From positions 79,154 to 143,153 of the forward strand of contig JBBTRX010000006.1 of the NCBI GenBank assembly GCA_038064975.1: DNA of 64,000 nt, in the 5' to 3' direction. A program made the position numbers and the translations under genes. This DNA is from Patescibacteria group bacterium (GTDB lineage: Bacteria; Patescibacteriota; Minisyncoccia; UBA6257; 1-14-0-10-40-38). Positions 55,558-64,000 of this stretch are shown here, piece after piece (within the stretch, counting starts at the first letter, position 1; each line of letters opens with the position of its first letter). A model generated the notes under the pieces. The model ran no database searches and had not been told where the DNA came from. It saw only the letters and a list, made by a program, of their open reading frames with translations.

Positions 55558-55971
55558 CTATTCTCCTCCGACAACGCGGGTCCGTACAGGAAGCTTGAAT
55601 CCGGCAAGACGAAGCGCCGCTTTTGCGGTCTCGGGCGAAAGGCCATCCACCTCAAACAATATCCTTCCTGGTTTTACCGGGAAAACATAGTGGTCAACTG
55701 CTCCTTTTCCTCCTCCCATAGTAACTTCCGGTGGGCGTGAAGTAACCGGTTTGTCGGGGAAAACTCGGATCCAAATACGTCCTTGGCGTTTTGCAAAGTT
55801 AGTAATTGCGCGACGGCCCGCTTCAATCTGGCGGGAAGTAACCCATGCAGCGCTTTCAGATTTCAATCCAAAATTTCCATACGCAAGGCGGGTACCGCGT
55901 GTTTCAACAAGGCGCTTACGTGAGCGTCCTTTATGCCATTTGCGATGTTTTACTTTTTTTGGAATTAACAT
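55558..55971 (-). CDS. rplP: 50S ribosomal protein L16
   Basis: MLIPKKVKHRKWHKGR. Confidence 0.9.
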   Translation of the reverse strand: MLIPKKVKHRKWHKGRSRKRLVETRGTRLAYGNFGLKSESAAWVTSRQIEAGRRAITNFAKRQGRIWIRVFPDKPVTSRPPEVTMGGGKGAVDHYVFPVKPGRILFEVDGLSPETAKAALRLAGFKLPVRTRVVGGE

Positions 55972-55980
55972 ACGATTTGT

Positions 55981-56667
55981 TTATTTTCTTTCTTCTCGAG
56001 TATCAAAAACTTCGCCTTTATATACCCACACCTTAATACCAACTGATCCATAGGTATTGTGGGAAGTAACTTGGCCGTAATCAATATTAGCGCGGAGCGT
56101 CTGGAGTGGGAGCTTACCTTTAGAGAGCGTTTCGCGGCGGGCGATTTCGTTGCCGTCAATGCGTCCTGAAACTAGGATTTTTCCACCTTCAACGTCGCGG
56201 TTCTGCATAACCAGATCAAGATACTTCTTAATCGTTCTGCGTGTACCAATACGTTTTTCAATATCCCATGCGATAGATTGGGCAATATACTGTGCGGAAA
56301 TTTCTGTCCGCTTCAACTCTTCTACGTTTAAATTTACGGAGATTTTTTGAGTGAAGTTATGGCGGGCGAAATAGAGTTTATGGAGCGCCTTAATAACCGT
56401 TTTAGAAAGTTCTTCAATCCCCTTTCCTCCATGGCCGATAACAAGTCCCGGGCGAGCAACTTTAAGGGTGATACGATGAGCGTTATCCGCGCCGCGTTCA
56501 ATATCAATGCGAACAATGCCAGCAAGTGTGGCATATTTCTGGATAACACGGCGAATCAAAACATCCTCTTCGAGTTGTTCCCGATAGTTCTTTTTTGGCC
56601 ACCATCTGCTTCTCCAATTTTCGATGATGCCAAGACGAAGTGAATTTGGTCTAATTTTCTGTCCCAT
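55981..56667 (-). CDS. rpsC: 30S ribosomal protein S3
   Basis: KH domain plus the S3 C-terminal domain. Confidence 0.9.
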   Translation of the reverse strand: MGQKIRPNSLRLGIIENWRSRWWPKKNYREQLEEDVLIRRVIQKYATLAGIVRIDIERGADNAHRITLKVARPGLVIGHGGKGIEELSKTVIKALHKLYFARHNFTQKISVNLNVEELKRTEISAQYIAQSIAWDIEKRIGTRRTIKKYLDLVMQNRDVEGGKILVSGRIDGNEIARRETLSKGKLPLQTLRANIDYGQVTSHNTYGSVGIKVWVYKGEVFDTREERK

Positions 56668-56672
56668 ACTAT

Positions 56673-57209
56673 TTAGATAGTCTTGCGTCTAAACATTTTC
56701 CTAAGTACGCCGTCGCCTTTTCCTTTAACCGGTTCTGCTTTGCGCGGAGCGTCAGTCGCCTTTTTCTGCGGTTCGTCGTGATCTTCTTTTTTCTGGATCT
56801 TTTTCTCTGTTTTATTCGGAGCATCTTTCTTTTTCTTTTCCGGAAGCTGGATGATAAAACGTTCCGCTCTTCCCTTACTTTCATGAAGCACGATAGTAAC
56901 GTGGCTCATTTTTTTCTGGATCGGCGTAGCGCGGCCCATGGCGCGCGGAAGGAAACGCTTAAGCATCGGGCCTTGGTCAACAAAAATTCTTCCAACAATA
57001 AGTTTATCAGGATCAAGCTTATGATTCTGTTTTGCATTCGCGATAGCGGAACGGAGTAATTTTAAAAGCGGCTTTGAACTCCGCTGAGGGCGAAGCAAAA
57101 GCTGTGCTTCCGCTTCCTGGGCGGATAAGCCTTTAAGAGTATTAGCAACAAGCCGGACCTTACGGGGAGCAATATGCAGATAATTCAATTTTGCGACCTG
57201 TTGCTTCAT
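56673..57209 (-). CDS. rplV: 50S ribosomal protein L22 with about 60-aa Lys-rich C-terminal extension
   Basis: L22 core up to about aa 115, then a KKKKDAPNKTEKKIQKK... tail. Confidence 0.85.
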   Translation of the reverse strand: MKQQVAKLNYLHIAPRKVRLVANTLKGLSAQEAEAQLLLRPQRSSKPLLKLLRSAIANAKQNHKLDPDKLIVGRIFVDQGPMLKRFLPRAMGRATPIQKKMSHVTIVLHESKGRAERFIIQLPEKKKKDAPNKTEKKIQKKEDHDEPQKKATDAPRKAEPVKGKGDGVLRKMFRRKTI

Positions 57210-57214
57210 AAGGA

Positions 57215-57553
57215 TTATTTCTTAGCTGGTTCAGGTTTAACTGCCTTAGCTTTTTCAACCTCAGCTGCTTTTGCTGCAGCTTCAAGTTGTTTTTGCATTT
57301 TTCCTCCGTGGCGAACAAATTTGCGCGTTTGTGCAAATTCACCAAGGCGATGGCCCACCATTTCTTCGCGAATCATGACGGAAATAAAATCTTTGCCGTT
57401 ATGGACGCCAAATGTGTATCCGACCATCTCAGGAGCTATCGCAGACTGGCGAGCCCATGTCTTAATAGGCTCCGTGTTTCCGGGCTGAAATTTCTTAAGC
57501 TTCCTCTCAATGCGAGGATCAATATAAGGGCCTTTTCGAGATGATCGTGTCAT
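57215..57553 (-). CDS. rpsS: 30S ribosomal protein S19 with short Ala/Lys-rich C-terminal tail
   Basis: MTRSSRKGPYIDPRIERKLKKF...GHRLGEF. The ORF can be extended 5' into rplB, so the conserved Met was chosen. Confidence 0.82.
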   Translation of the reverse strand: MTRSSRKGPYIDPRIERKLKKFQPGNTEPIKTWARQSAIAPEMVGYTFGVHNGKDFISVMIREEMVGHRLGEFAQTRKFVRHGGKMQKQLEAAAKAAEVEKAKAVKPEPAKK

Positions 57554-57602
57554 GATGATGCGTATAAGCGCGATAGATTCTATCACAAACGCTTTTTCTG
57601 CG

Positions 57603-58445
57603 CTACTTTCCTTTGCGCTTCGGGCGGCGCTGTAATATAAGGTTCCGCGACCATTTCTTCTTATTGCGGGTTTTTCTGCCTCCGGTGACTTTACCCCACA
57701 TAGTTTTAGGCCGTTTTGTACCTCTTGGTTGTACGCCTTCTCCTCCTCCATATGGGTGGTCAACAGGGTTCATAGCAGTTCCTCGTACGGTTGGACGAAT
57801 ACCAAGCCAGCGGGACCGTCCTGCTTTTCCAAGATTTACCAAGCTGTAATCCGGGTTAGACATCTGCCCGATAGTGGCCAAGCTCATAACCGGAACTTTT
57901 CTCGTTTCTTTAGAAGCAAGTCGAATAATCGCATACGTTCCTTCGTGCGATAAAATTTCTACTGACGAACCTGCCGAGCGAGCAAACTTGCCGCCGCTTC
58001 CCGGACGATTCTCCACATCTGATACCTGCGTTCCCACCGGAATACTCTTCAAAGGAAGGCGGTTGCCAATCGTAAGTGGAGCCGTTTCAGAGGTAATAAT
58101 AGTCTGCCCTACTTCTAATCCTTTCTGAGCAAGTACGTATGTCCGTTCTCCGTCGGCATAAATAATACGAGCAAGAAAACCGCTACGATACGGATCGTAT
58201 TCAATAGCCTCAACAATTGCCGGCACGTTCATTTTAGAACGGGCGAAATCAACAACGCGATAGAGTTTCTTGACGCCTCCCGATTGATGGCGAGTAGTGA
58301 TGACTCCACGATTGTTTCTTCCTGCATGCGTTTTCAATCGCAAGAGCTTTGCTTTGAGAGGTTTTGTGTTCGGTGTTAAGAATAGCCGGTATTCTATTCC
58401 GGTCATTCCTCTTCGCGATGGAGTTGTGGGTTTATATTTTTTCAT
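57603..58445 (-). CDS. rplB: 50S ribosomal protein L2
   Basis: KPTTPSRRGMT and a His-containing C-terminal domain. Confidence 0.9.
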   Translation of the reverse strand: MKKYKPTTPSRRGMTGIEYRLFLTPNTKPLKAKLLRLKTHAGRNNRGVITTRHQSGGVKKLYRVVDFARSKMNVPAIVEAIEYDPYRSGFLARIIYADGERTYVLAQKGLEVGQTIITSETAPLTIGNRLPLKSIPVGTQVSDVENRPGSGGKFARSAGSSVEILSHEGTYAIIRLASKETRKVPVMSLATIGQMSNPDYSLVNLGKAGRSRWLGIRPTVRGTAMNPVDHPYGGGEGVQPRGTKRPKTMWGKVTGGRKTRNKKKWSRNLILQRRPKRKGK

Positions 58446-58451
58446 ACAGGC

Positions 58452-58733
58452 TTATGCGTGCGGGAGAATATCAAGCTGTTCCCCTGCTTGAAGGCGCACC
58501 ATCGCTTTTTTATATCCCGGCTTTATGCCGATACTACGTCCCAATACTCTGGTTTTTGGTTTTGTATTTAAAACACGAACTGCATCAACATGCACTTTAT
58601 AGATAGCTTCAATCGCTTTTCTAATTTCTGGCTTTGTGGATTTTGAATCAACTAAAAATACGTACGTTCCTAAAGATCCGCTCGTTGTGGATTTCTCACT
58701 GATAATAGGTTTTTTAATAAGAAACTTATTCAT
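58452..58733 (-). CDS. rplW: 50S ribosomal protein L23
   Basis: KKPIISEKST. Start trimmed to the conserved Met. Confidence 0.82.
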   Translation of the reverse strand: MNKFLIKKPIISEKSTTSGSLGTYVFLVDSKSTKPEIRKAIEAIYKVHVDAVRVLNTKPKTRVLGRSIGIKPGYKKAMVRLQAGEQLDILPHA

Positions 58734-58734
58734 A

Positions 58735-59358
58735 TTATGGAATGAATTCAATAGCGTTTTTATCAATTAAGACGTTTTTATACTGAATAACATCTTTAAC
58801 GTTGATTGATTTCGCATCTAAACTTTTAACCTTAGGAATATTTGCAGAAGCGCGATAAATATTTTTTGAATCCGGTCCCGCGATAATGAGCGCTGAAGGC
58901 ACTCCGATTTTCCCGCCAAAAAATCCTGTAAGAGTTTGGAAAAGTTCTTTTGTTTTTGGTTCTTTAGGAGACAACGAATCAACGATCCTAAGCTCCTGAT
59001 CTTTTAATTTTTTTGAAAGGGCGCTATAGAGTGCAGCACGACGCATCTTTTTATTAATTTTTACTTCAAACTTCTTGTCATTGCGTGGACCATGGGAAAC
59101 ACCGCCTCCTACCCAAAGAGGAGAACGTGTAGATCCGTGACGAGCGCGGCCCGTTCCTTTTTGGCGCCATGGCTTTTTACCTCCTCCGCGAACTTCTCCG
59201 CGCATCTTAGTATGAGCAACTGGCTTGCGAATAGCGAGTTCTTGAGCACGCACGGCTTGTGTTACGAGATCAGCATTCCAGCGTGCATCAAAAATAGCAT
59301 CGGAAAGATTAATTTCCCCTACTTCTTTGCCTTGTACATTATAGACTGGAGCTTTCAT
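58735..59358 (-). CDS. rplD: 50S ribosomal protein L4
   Basis: L4 fold; operon position. Confidence 0.88.
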   Translation of the reverse strand: MKAPVYNVQGKEVGEINLSDAIFDARWNADLVTQAVRAQELAIRKPVAHTKMRGEVRGGGKKPWRQKGTGRARHGSTRSPLWVGGGVSHGPRNDKKFEVKINKKMRRAALYSALSKKLKDQELRIVDSLSPKEPKTKELFQTLTGFFGGKIGVPSALIIAGPDSKNIYRASANIPKVKSLDAKSINVKDVIQYKNVLIDKNAIEFIP

Positions 59359-59375
59359 AACAATAGTGGTGCTTT

Positions 59376-59870
59376 TTAGAAGTGAACGAGAACGCGGCTG
59401 TGATTTGTGCCGGGAACCGATCCTTCCACGAAAAGTATTTTTTTCTGCGTATCAACATCAGCGACGCTCAAATTTTTAACCGTAACGCGCACACCGCCCA
59501 TGCGGCCTGCCATTTTTTTTCCCGGTACAACACGCTGAGGAGCAGTACTACCGATTGATCCCGGAGCGCGATAGCGGTTCTTTTGTCCGTGCGTTTTTGG
59601 TCCACCATGGAAGCCATGGCGTTTTACAACTCCTTGAAATCCGTGGGATTTCGTAATGCCGCTTACAGCAATCAAAGTCCCCTCTTTTAACTCAGGAAGT
59701 TCAATTTCCGCATCAAACTGAAGAGGCGTAACCCCTATTGCGCGGTCTTGCTTGAAAATCTGAGTCATCTTTAATTTTTTTGCGTTGCCTTTTATTTTCT
59801 TCATAAGAAAGTATCTAACAAAAACTGCCAGGGGATTTGTCCTAGCAGCTTTCGCGGCCAAAACCCTCAA
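59376..59870 (-). CDS. rplC: 50S ribosomal protein L3 (compact form; conserved start may be at 59804)
   Basis: KKLKMTQIF...PGSIGSTAPQRVVPGKKMAGRMG. About 60 aa shorter than E. coli L3. Confidence 0.8.
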   Translation of the reverse strand: MRVLAAKAARTNPLAVFVRYFLMKKIKGNAKKLKMTQIFKQDRAIGVTPLQFDAEIELPELKEGTLIAVSGITKSHGFQGVVKRHGFHGGPKTHGQKNRYRAPGSIGSTAPQRVVPGKKMAGRMGGVRVTVKNLSVADVDTQKKILFVEGSVPGTNHSRVLVHF

Positions 59871-59880
59871 GGGTTATATA

Positions 59881-60207
59881 CTATACCATCTTTATCTCAA
59901 TGTCTACTCCCGCCGGCAGATTGAGTCTGGAGAGGGATTCTACGATACCCTGATTGGGATTTACGATGTCAACGAGGCGTTTATGCACCCGAAGTTCAAA
60001 CTGCTCACGGGAATTCTTATGCACAAATGTGGAGCGATTTACCGTATAGCGCTTGATTTCGGTCGGAAGCGGAATCGGTCCGATAACTTCCGCATCATGG
60101 CGCATCGCAGTCTCAATAATCTGCTTGCAAGAGTTATCAATCAGCTTATGATCGTACGCTCGAATGCGAAGGCGAAGTTTTTCTTTTTCAATATCCTTTT
60201 TTGCCAT
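59881..60207 (-). CDS. rpsJ: 30S ribosomal protein S10
   Basis: [15 protein letters not shown]. Confidence 0.9.
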   Translation of the reverse strand: MAKKDIEKEKLRLRIRAYDHKLIDNSCKQIIETAMRHDAEVIGPIPLPTEIKRYTVNRSTFVHKNSREQFELRVHKRLVDIVNPNQGIVESLSRLNLPAGVDIEIKMV

Positions 60208-60223
60208 GTGCGCAGTTCGCTTG

Positions 60224-61426
60224 TTACGCGATAATCTTAGTTACTACGCCAGCGCCAACCGTGCGTCCGCCTTCGCGGATAGCAAAACGCTGTCTCTCTT
60301 CAATAGCAATCGGGTTGATGAGTTTCACTTTAAAGGTAATCGTGTCACCTGGCATAACCATCTCGGTTCCTGCAGGAAGTTCAACTTCTCCGGTAACATC
60401 CGTAGTACGGATATAAAATTGCGGTTTATATCCTTTAAAGAACGGTGTATGACGTCCACCTTCCTCTTTAGAAAGGACATACACTTCTGCTTCAAATTCA
60501 TTACGAGGTTTGAGTGATCCCGTTTTTGAGAGCACTTGTCCGCGTTCCACATCTTCTTTCTTAACACCGCGAAGAAGAATACCAACGTTATCGCCGGCTT
60601 TTCCTTCGTCAAGAAGCTTATTGAACATTTCAATACCCGTCACAACTGTTTTAACAGTCGGGCGAATACCAACTATTTCAATTTCTTCGTTCAATTTTAC
60701 AATACCGCGCTCAATCCTTCCCGTTACCACTGTTCCACGGCCTTCAATAGAGAAGATGTCCTCAATAGGCATAAGAAATGGCTTTGCGATGTCGCGTTCC
60801 GGCTCCGGAACATGACTATCAAGTGCGGCGAGAAGTTCTTTAATAGCATTCGTTCCTTCGTCAGTCGCAGTTTTTGCTTCAAGAGCTTTAGTTGCTGAAC
60901 CACGAATAATCGGAGTCTCGTCGCCTGGGAAATCATATTTCTTAAGCAACTCTCGGATTTCAGTTTCAACGAGTTCAATAAGTTCCGGATCATCAACGAG
61001 GTCAACTTTGTTCAAGAAGACAACGATAGAAGGAACACCAACCTGGCGCGCGAGCAAAATGTGTTCACGAGTTTGAGGCATTGGGCCGTCTGCAGCGGAA
61101 ACGACGAGAATAGCTCCATCCATTTGCGCAGCGCCCGTGATCATGTTTTTAACAAAGTCCGCGTGCCCTGGGCAGTCAATGTGGGCATAGTGGCGTTTAT
61201 CGCTTGAATATTCAACGTGTGAAAGCGAGATGGTAACCGTTTTCGTTGCGTCACGAACCGTACCTCCTTTAGTAATTTCAGCATAGGATTTCTCCTTTGC
61301 ATTTCCCATGAGCGAAGCAACATGGACGATAGCCGCAGTGAGCGTGCTTTTTCCGTGGTCGATGTGACCGATGGTTCCCACGTTAACGTGAGGTTTTACG
61401 CGTTCAAATTTTTCTTTTTCAGCCAT
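60224..61426 (-). CDS. tuf: elongation factor Tu
   Basis: [21 protein letters not shown]. Confidence 0.95.
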   Translation of the reverse strand: MAEKEKFERVKPHVNVGTIGHIDHGKSTLTAAIVHVASLMGNAKEKSYAEITKGGTVRDATKTVTISLSHVEYSSDKRHYAHIDCPGHADFVKNMITGAAQMDGAILVVSAADGPMPQTREHILLARQVGVPSIVVFLNKVDLVDDPELIELVETEIRELLKKYDFPGDETPIIRGSATKALEAKTATDEGTNAIKELLAALDSHVPEPERDIAKPFLMPIEDIFSIEGRGTVVTGRIERGIVKLNEEIEIVGIRPTVKTVVTGIEMFNKLLDEGKAGDNVGILLRGVKKEDVERGQVLSKTGSLKPRNEFEAEVYVLSKEEGGRHTPFFKGYKPQFYIRTTDVTGEVELPAGTEMVMPGDTITFKVKLINPIAIEERQRFAIREGGRTVGAGVVTKIIA

Positions 61427-61509
61427 AGATTGATGAGCTTATTAATAATTAATAATAATTGGTTGTTTTTTATGATTATCGCCTTTTCGACGCGGAAACA
61501 GTAACTCTG

Positions 61510-61539
61510 ATTTTATGCTATAGCAGACACCCTTGTCAA
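61510..61539 (-). promoter_or_regulatory. internal sigma70-type promoter for tuf between fusA and tuf
   Basis: On the minus strand: TTGACA, 18 nt, then TAAAAT, with a 5' UTR of about 95 nt. Confidence 0.5.
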
Positions 61540-61543
61540 GAAC

Positions 61544-63673
61544 TTACTTCTTCCCCTCGGCTATTTCCTTCGCGATATTGCCTGGAACCTCCTCATAACT
61601 GGAAAATTCCATCGTAAAATTGCCGCGACCTTGGGTCATAGACCGAAGCTTGGTGGCATATCCGAACATTTCGGAGAGCGGAACCAAAGCGTCAATCACT
61701 TTTGTATTCATGCGATCAGTCATTTCTTCAATGCGTCCCCGCTTGGAAGATATGTCTCCCGTGATATCACCCAAGAAATCTGGCGGAATGAGTACCTGTA
61801 CTTTCATGATTGGCTCAAGTACAACCGGCTTTGCCATTTTTGCGCCTTCCTGGAATGCCATTGATCCTGCGATCTTGAACGCCATTTCAGAAGAGTCAAC
61901 TTCGTGGAACGATCCGTCATAGAGCGTCACCTTAATGTCGGTCATTTGGAATCCGGCAACAACACCCTTACTCATAGATTCCTTGATACCTTTTTCAGCC
62001 GGAGCGATAAATTCATTTGGAATAGAACCGCTCTTAATCGCATTAACAAATTCAAATCCTTTACCCCGTTCCATGGGTTCTAACCGAATGCGTACGTGTC
62101 CGTATTGTCCTTTACCTCCTGATTGGCGGATATATTTTCCTTCAGCCTCCGAATTGGTCTTAATAGTTTCTTTGTAGGCAACCTGCGGTCGGCCAACATT
62201 TGCTTCAACGTTGAATTCCCGCTTCATGCGGTCCACAATAACGTCTAAATGCAGTTCTCCCATGCCAGCAATAAGCGTTTCTCCCGTATCTTGGTTGGAC
62301 GAAACTCTAAACGTTGGATCTTCTTCCGCGAGACGGTGGAGCGCAAGACCCATTTTTTCCTGGTCAGCTTTTGTTTTCGGTTCAATGCGAATCGCGATAA
62401 CCGGTTCAGGGAATTTAATTTTTTCTAAAATAATAGGATGTTCAATATCGCAGAGTGTGTCCCCCGTTGTCGTGTCCTTGAGTCCAACGATTGCCGCGAT
62501 ATTCCCAGCATCAACTTCGTCCACTTCTTCACGATGGTTTGCATGCAAGCGTACGATACGCCCGACGCGCTCTTGAATATTCTTTGTTGAATTTAAAATA
62601 TAACTGCCGCGTTTTAAGACCCCAGAATATACACGGAAAAAGGTAAGCGCACCCACAAACGGATCCGCGGCAACTTTAAATGCGAGAGCGGCAAGTGGCT
62701 CATCTTTATGCGGTTTGCGTTCAATCGGCTGATCAGTTTCCAAATCAAGTCCTTTTGTTGGAGGCAAATCCGCCGGCGACGGCAAGTAATCCACTACGCC
62801 ATCTAGCACGAACTGAGTACCCTTGTTTTTAAGAGCAGAACCGGTAAATACCGGGATGATATCCAGATTAATCGTAGCTTTGCGAAGAATCTTTTTAAGC
62901 GTCGCAAGATCCGGCTCTTTGCCTTCTAAATAGGCAGTAAGAAGCGTATCGTCTTGTTCAACGATTTTTTCAATTAACGTATGCCGGCGAGCTGCAACTT
63001 CACTTTTCAAATTTTCTGGAATGGGTATCTCAATAATGTTTTCCCCTCGCTCCCCTTCAAAGTGATATGCCTTCATCTCTAAGAGATTAACCAACCCTTC
63101 GAAATTCCCTTCAATGCCGATTGGAATCTGAACCGCAATTGCGTTCGGGTTCAACCGGTCTTGGATAGAAGCCAAGCTTTTTTCAAAATTTGCTCCCATG
63201 CGATCAAGTTTATTAATAAAACAAATACGAGGAACATGATATTCGTCCGCGTAACGCCAGTTGGTTTCCGATTGCGGCTCAACACCCGCTACGCCATCAA
63301 AAACCACGACTGCGCCGTCTAAAACGCGCATAGATCGTTTCACCTCAACAGTGAAGTCAATGTGACCTGGAGTATCAATGAGGTTAATTCTGTGTTCGTA
63401 CAGTTTCTTTATCTCATCTTTATTTTTTTCTCCTTCGCGGCGATAGGTAGGAATCCAGAAACAGGTCGTTGCGGCAGATGTAATAGTAATACCACGCTCG
63501 CGTTCCTGTTCCATCCAGTCCATAACGGTGTCTCCCGTGTGCACTTCGCCGATTTTGTGCGCGACTCCAGTATAAAAAAGAATACGCTCAGAAACTGTAG
63601 TTTTTCCGGCATCAATGTGAGCAATGACACCAATGTCTCTTATTTTCTCAATTGGGTATGTAGCTTTTTCCAT
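61544..63673 (-). CDS. fusA: elongation factor G
   Basis: [17 protein letters not shown]; 709 aa with five domains. Confidence 0.95.
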   Translation of the reverse strand: MEKATYPIEKIRDIGVIAHIDAGKTTVSERILFYTGVAHKIGEVHTGDTVMDWMEQERERGITITSAATTCFWIPTYRREGEKNKDEIKKLYEHRINLIDTPGHIDFTVEVKRSMRVLDGAVVVFDGVAGVEPQSETNWRYADEYHVPRICFINKLDRMGANFEKSLASIQDRLNPNAIAVQIPIGIEGNFEGLVNLLEMKAYHFEGERGENIIEIPIPENLKSEVAARRHTLIEKIVEQDDTLLTAYLEGKEPDLATLKKILRKATINLDIIPVFTGSALKNKGTQFVLDGVVDYLPSPADLPPTKGLDLETDQPIERKPHKDEPLAALAFKVAADPFVGALTFFRVYSGVLKRGSYILNSTKNIQERVGRIVRLHANHREEVDEVDAGNIAAIVGLKDTTTGDTLCDIEHPIILEKIKFPEPVIAIRIEPKTKADQEKMGLALHRLAEEDPTFRVSSNQDTGETLIAGMGELHLDVIVDRMKREFNVEANVGRPQVAYKETIKTNSEAEGKYIRQSGGKGQYGHVRIRLEPMERGKGFEFVNAIKSGSIPNEFIAPAEKGIKESMSKGVVAGFQMTDIKVTLYDGSFHEVDSSEMAFKIAGSMAFQEGAKMAKPVVLEPIMKVQVLIPPDFLGDITGDISSKRGRIEEMTDRMNTKVIDALVPLSEMFGYATKLRSMTQGRGNFTMEFSSYEEVPGNIAKEIAEGKK

Positions 63674-63740
63674 TTTGAAACAAAGAAAATTCCCTAGCCC
63701 CTACCTATTTTCTAGTGGCTAGTATTAGTTAATCCTTCCT

Positions 63741-64000
63741 TTACCACTTAAAGTGAGCGAATGCCCGATTTGCTTCCGCCATGCGATGCATGTCCTGTTT
63801 TTTCTTGATTGCGATTCCTTCGTTGTTCGCTGCAGAAAGGAATTCTTCCGCAAGCTTCATCGCCATCGGCTTTCCCTTTTTTGAACGGGCAGCGTCAATG
63901 ATCCAGCGGCATGCAAGCATGAACTTGCGTTCCGGTCGCACTTCGCGGGGAACCTGGTAGTTAGCACCTCCCACTCTTCGGGAAGCAACCTCAACGGTAG
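63741..64000 (-). CDS. rpsG: 30S ribosomal protein S7 (3' part; gene continues beyond window end)
   Basis: The S7 C-terminal region ...NRAFAHFKW* lies directly upstream of fusA. Confidence 0.85.
   Translation of the reverse strand, partial: TVEVASRRVGGANYQVPREVRPERKFMLACRWIIDAARSKKGKPMAMKLAEEFLSAANNEGIAIKKKQDMHRMAEANRAFAHFKW

Noticed and set aside
52172-60517. Numerous 60-130-aa ORFs on the plus strand overlapping the ribosomal protein genes
   Set aside because: They are antisense shadows of highly expressed conserved genes. They have no independent homology and show biased, mirror-image composition.
1-64000. CRISPR arrays, rRNA, tRNA and insertion sequences
   Set aside because: No spaced direct-repeat arrays, no rRNA-like conserved blocks, no tRNA T-loop/acceptor signatures in intergenic regions, and no transposase or integrase ORFs were seen.

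Overview
This 64-kb window comes from a small-genome bacterium whose hallmarks point to a Candidate Phyla Radiation / Patescibacteria-type lineage. Those hallmarks are: almost no Shine-Dalgarno sequences, several leaderless or short-leader genes, an S10-spc ribosomal cluster with rpsE directly followed by rplO (no L30), and extended L24, L22 and S19. The r-protein cluster with tuf and fusA runs on the minus strand across 50-64 kb. The window opens with a MacA/MacB-type tripartite exporter (a HlyD adaptor truncated at the window start, an ABC ATPase and an FtsX permease). An AT-rich island of about 6 kb follows (about 3.3-9.3 kb, GC roughly 25-35% against 45-50% in the flanks). It carries membrane proteins of unknown function and a restriction-modification-like module. 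The centrepiece of that module is a 504-aa fusion of a complete LexA repressor (winged-helix domain, an Ala-Gly cleavage site, and the S24 Ser/Lys autopeptidase dyad) to a beta-class N4/N6 DNA methyltransferase (DPPY motif, HPTQKP, C-terminal FxGxG). It lies convergent to two small genes, one of which has a PD-D-x10-EVK nuclease signature. From 9.8 to 12.0 kb an ArsR-family regulator gene and two genes for membrane-anchored extracytoplasmic proteins are each flanked by copies of a 34-36-bp palindrome centred on CTGCAG. One of the two carries a META domain and the other a cysteine-rich region plus a C-terminal Hint/bacterial-intein-like domain. The last palindrome copy is perfect and doubles as an intrinsic terminator. 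Two identical 51-bp direct repeats begin exactly at the stop codons of the two upstream genes. The middle of the window holds housekeeping genes: ABC exporter, cspA-like, ABC-F, typA, dnaX, scpAB, dac, mraY, ftsW, murG, gltX, M23 peptidase, ychF, alr, serS, lysS, greA, map, adk and secY. Other points of interest are: a promoter-leader-terminator unit that looks like a Mn riboswitch ahead of a VIT-family transporter; a degenerate D-aminoacylase where murD normally sits; two small high-GC insertions, one with the only strong SD in the window; and a candidate 325-nt ncRNA with its own promoter and terminator. No rRNA, tRNA or CRISPR array was recognised.
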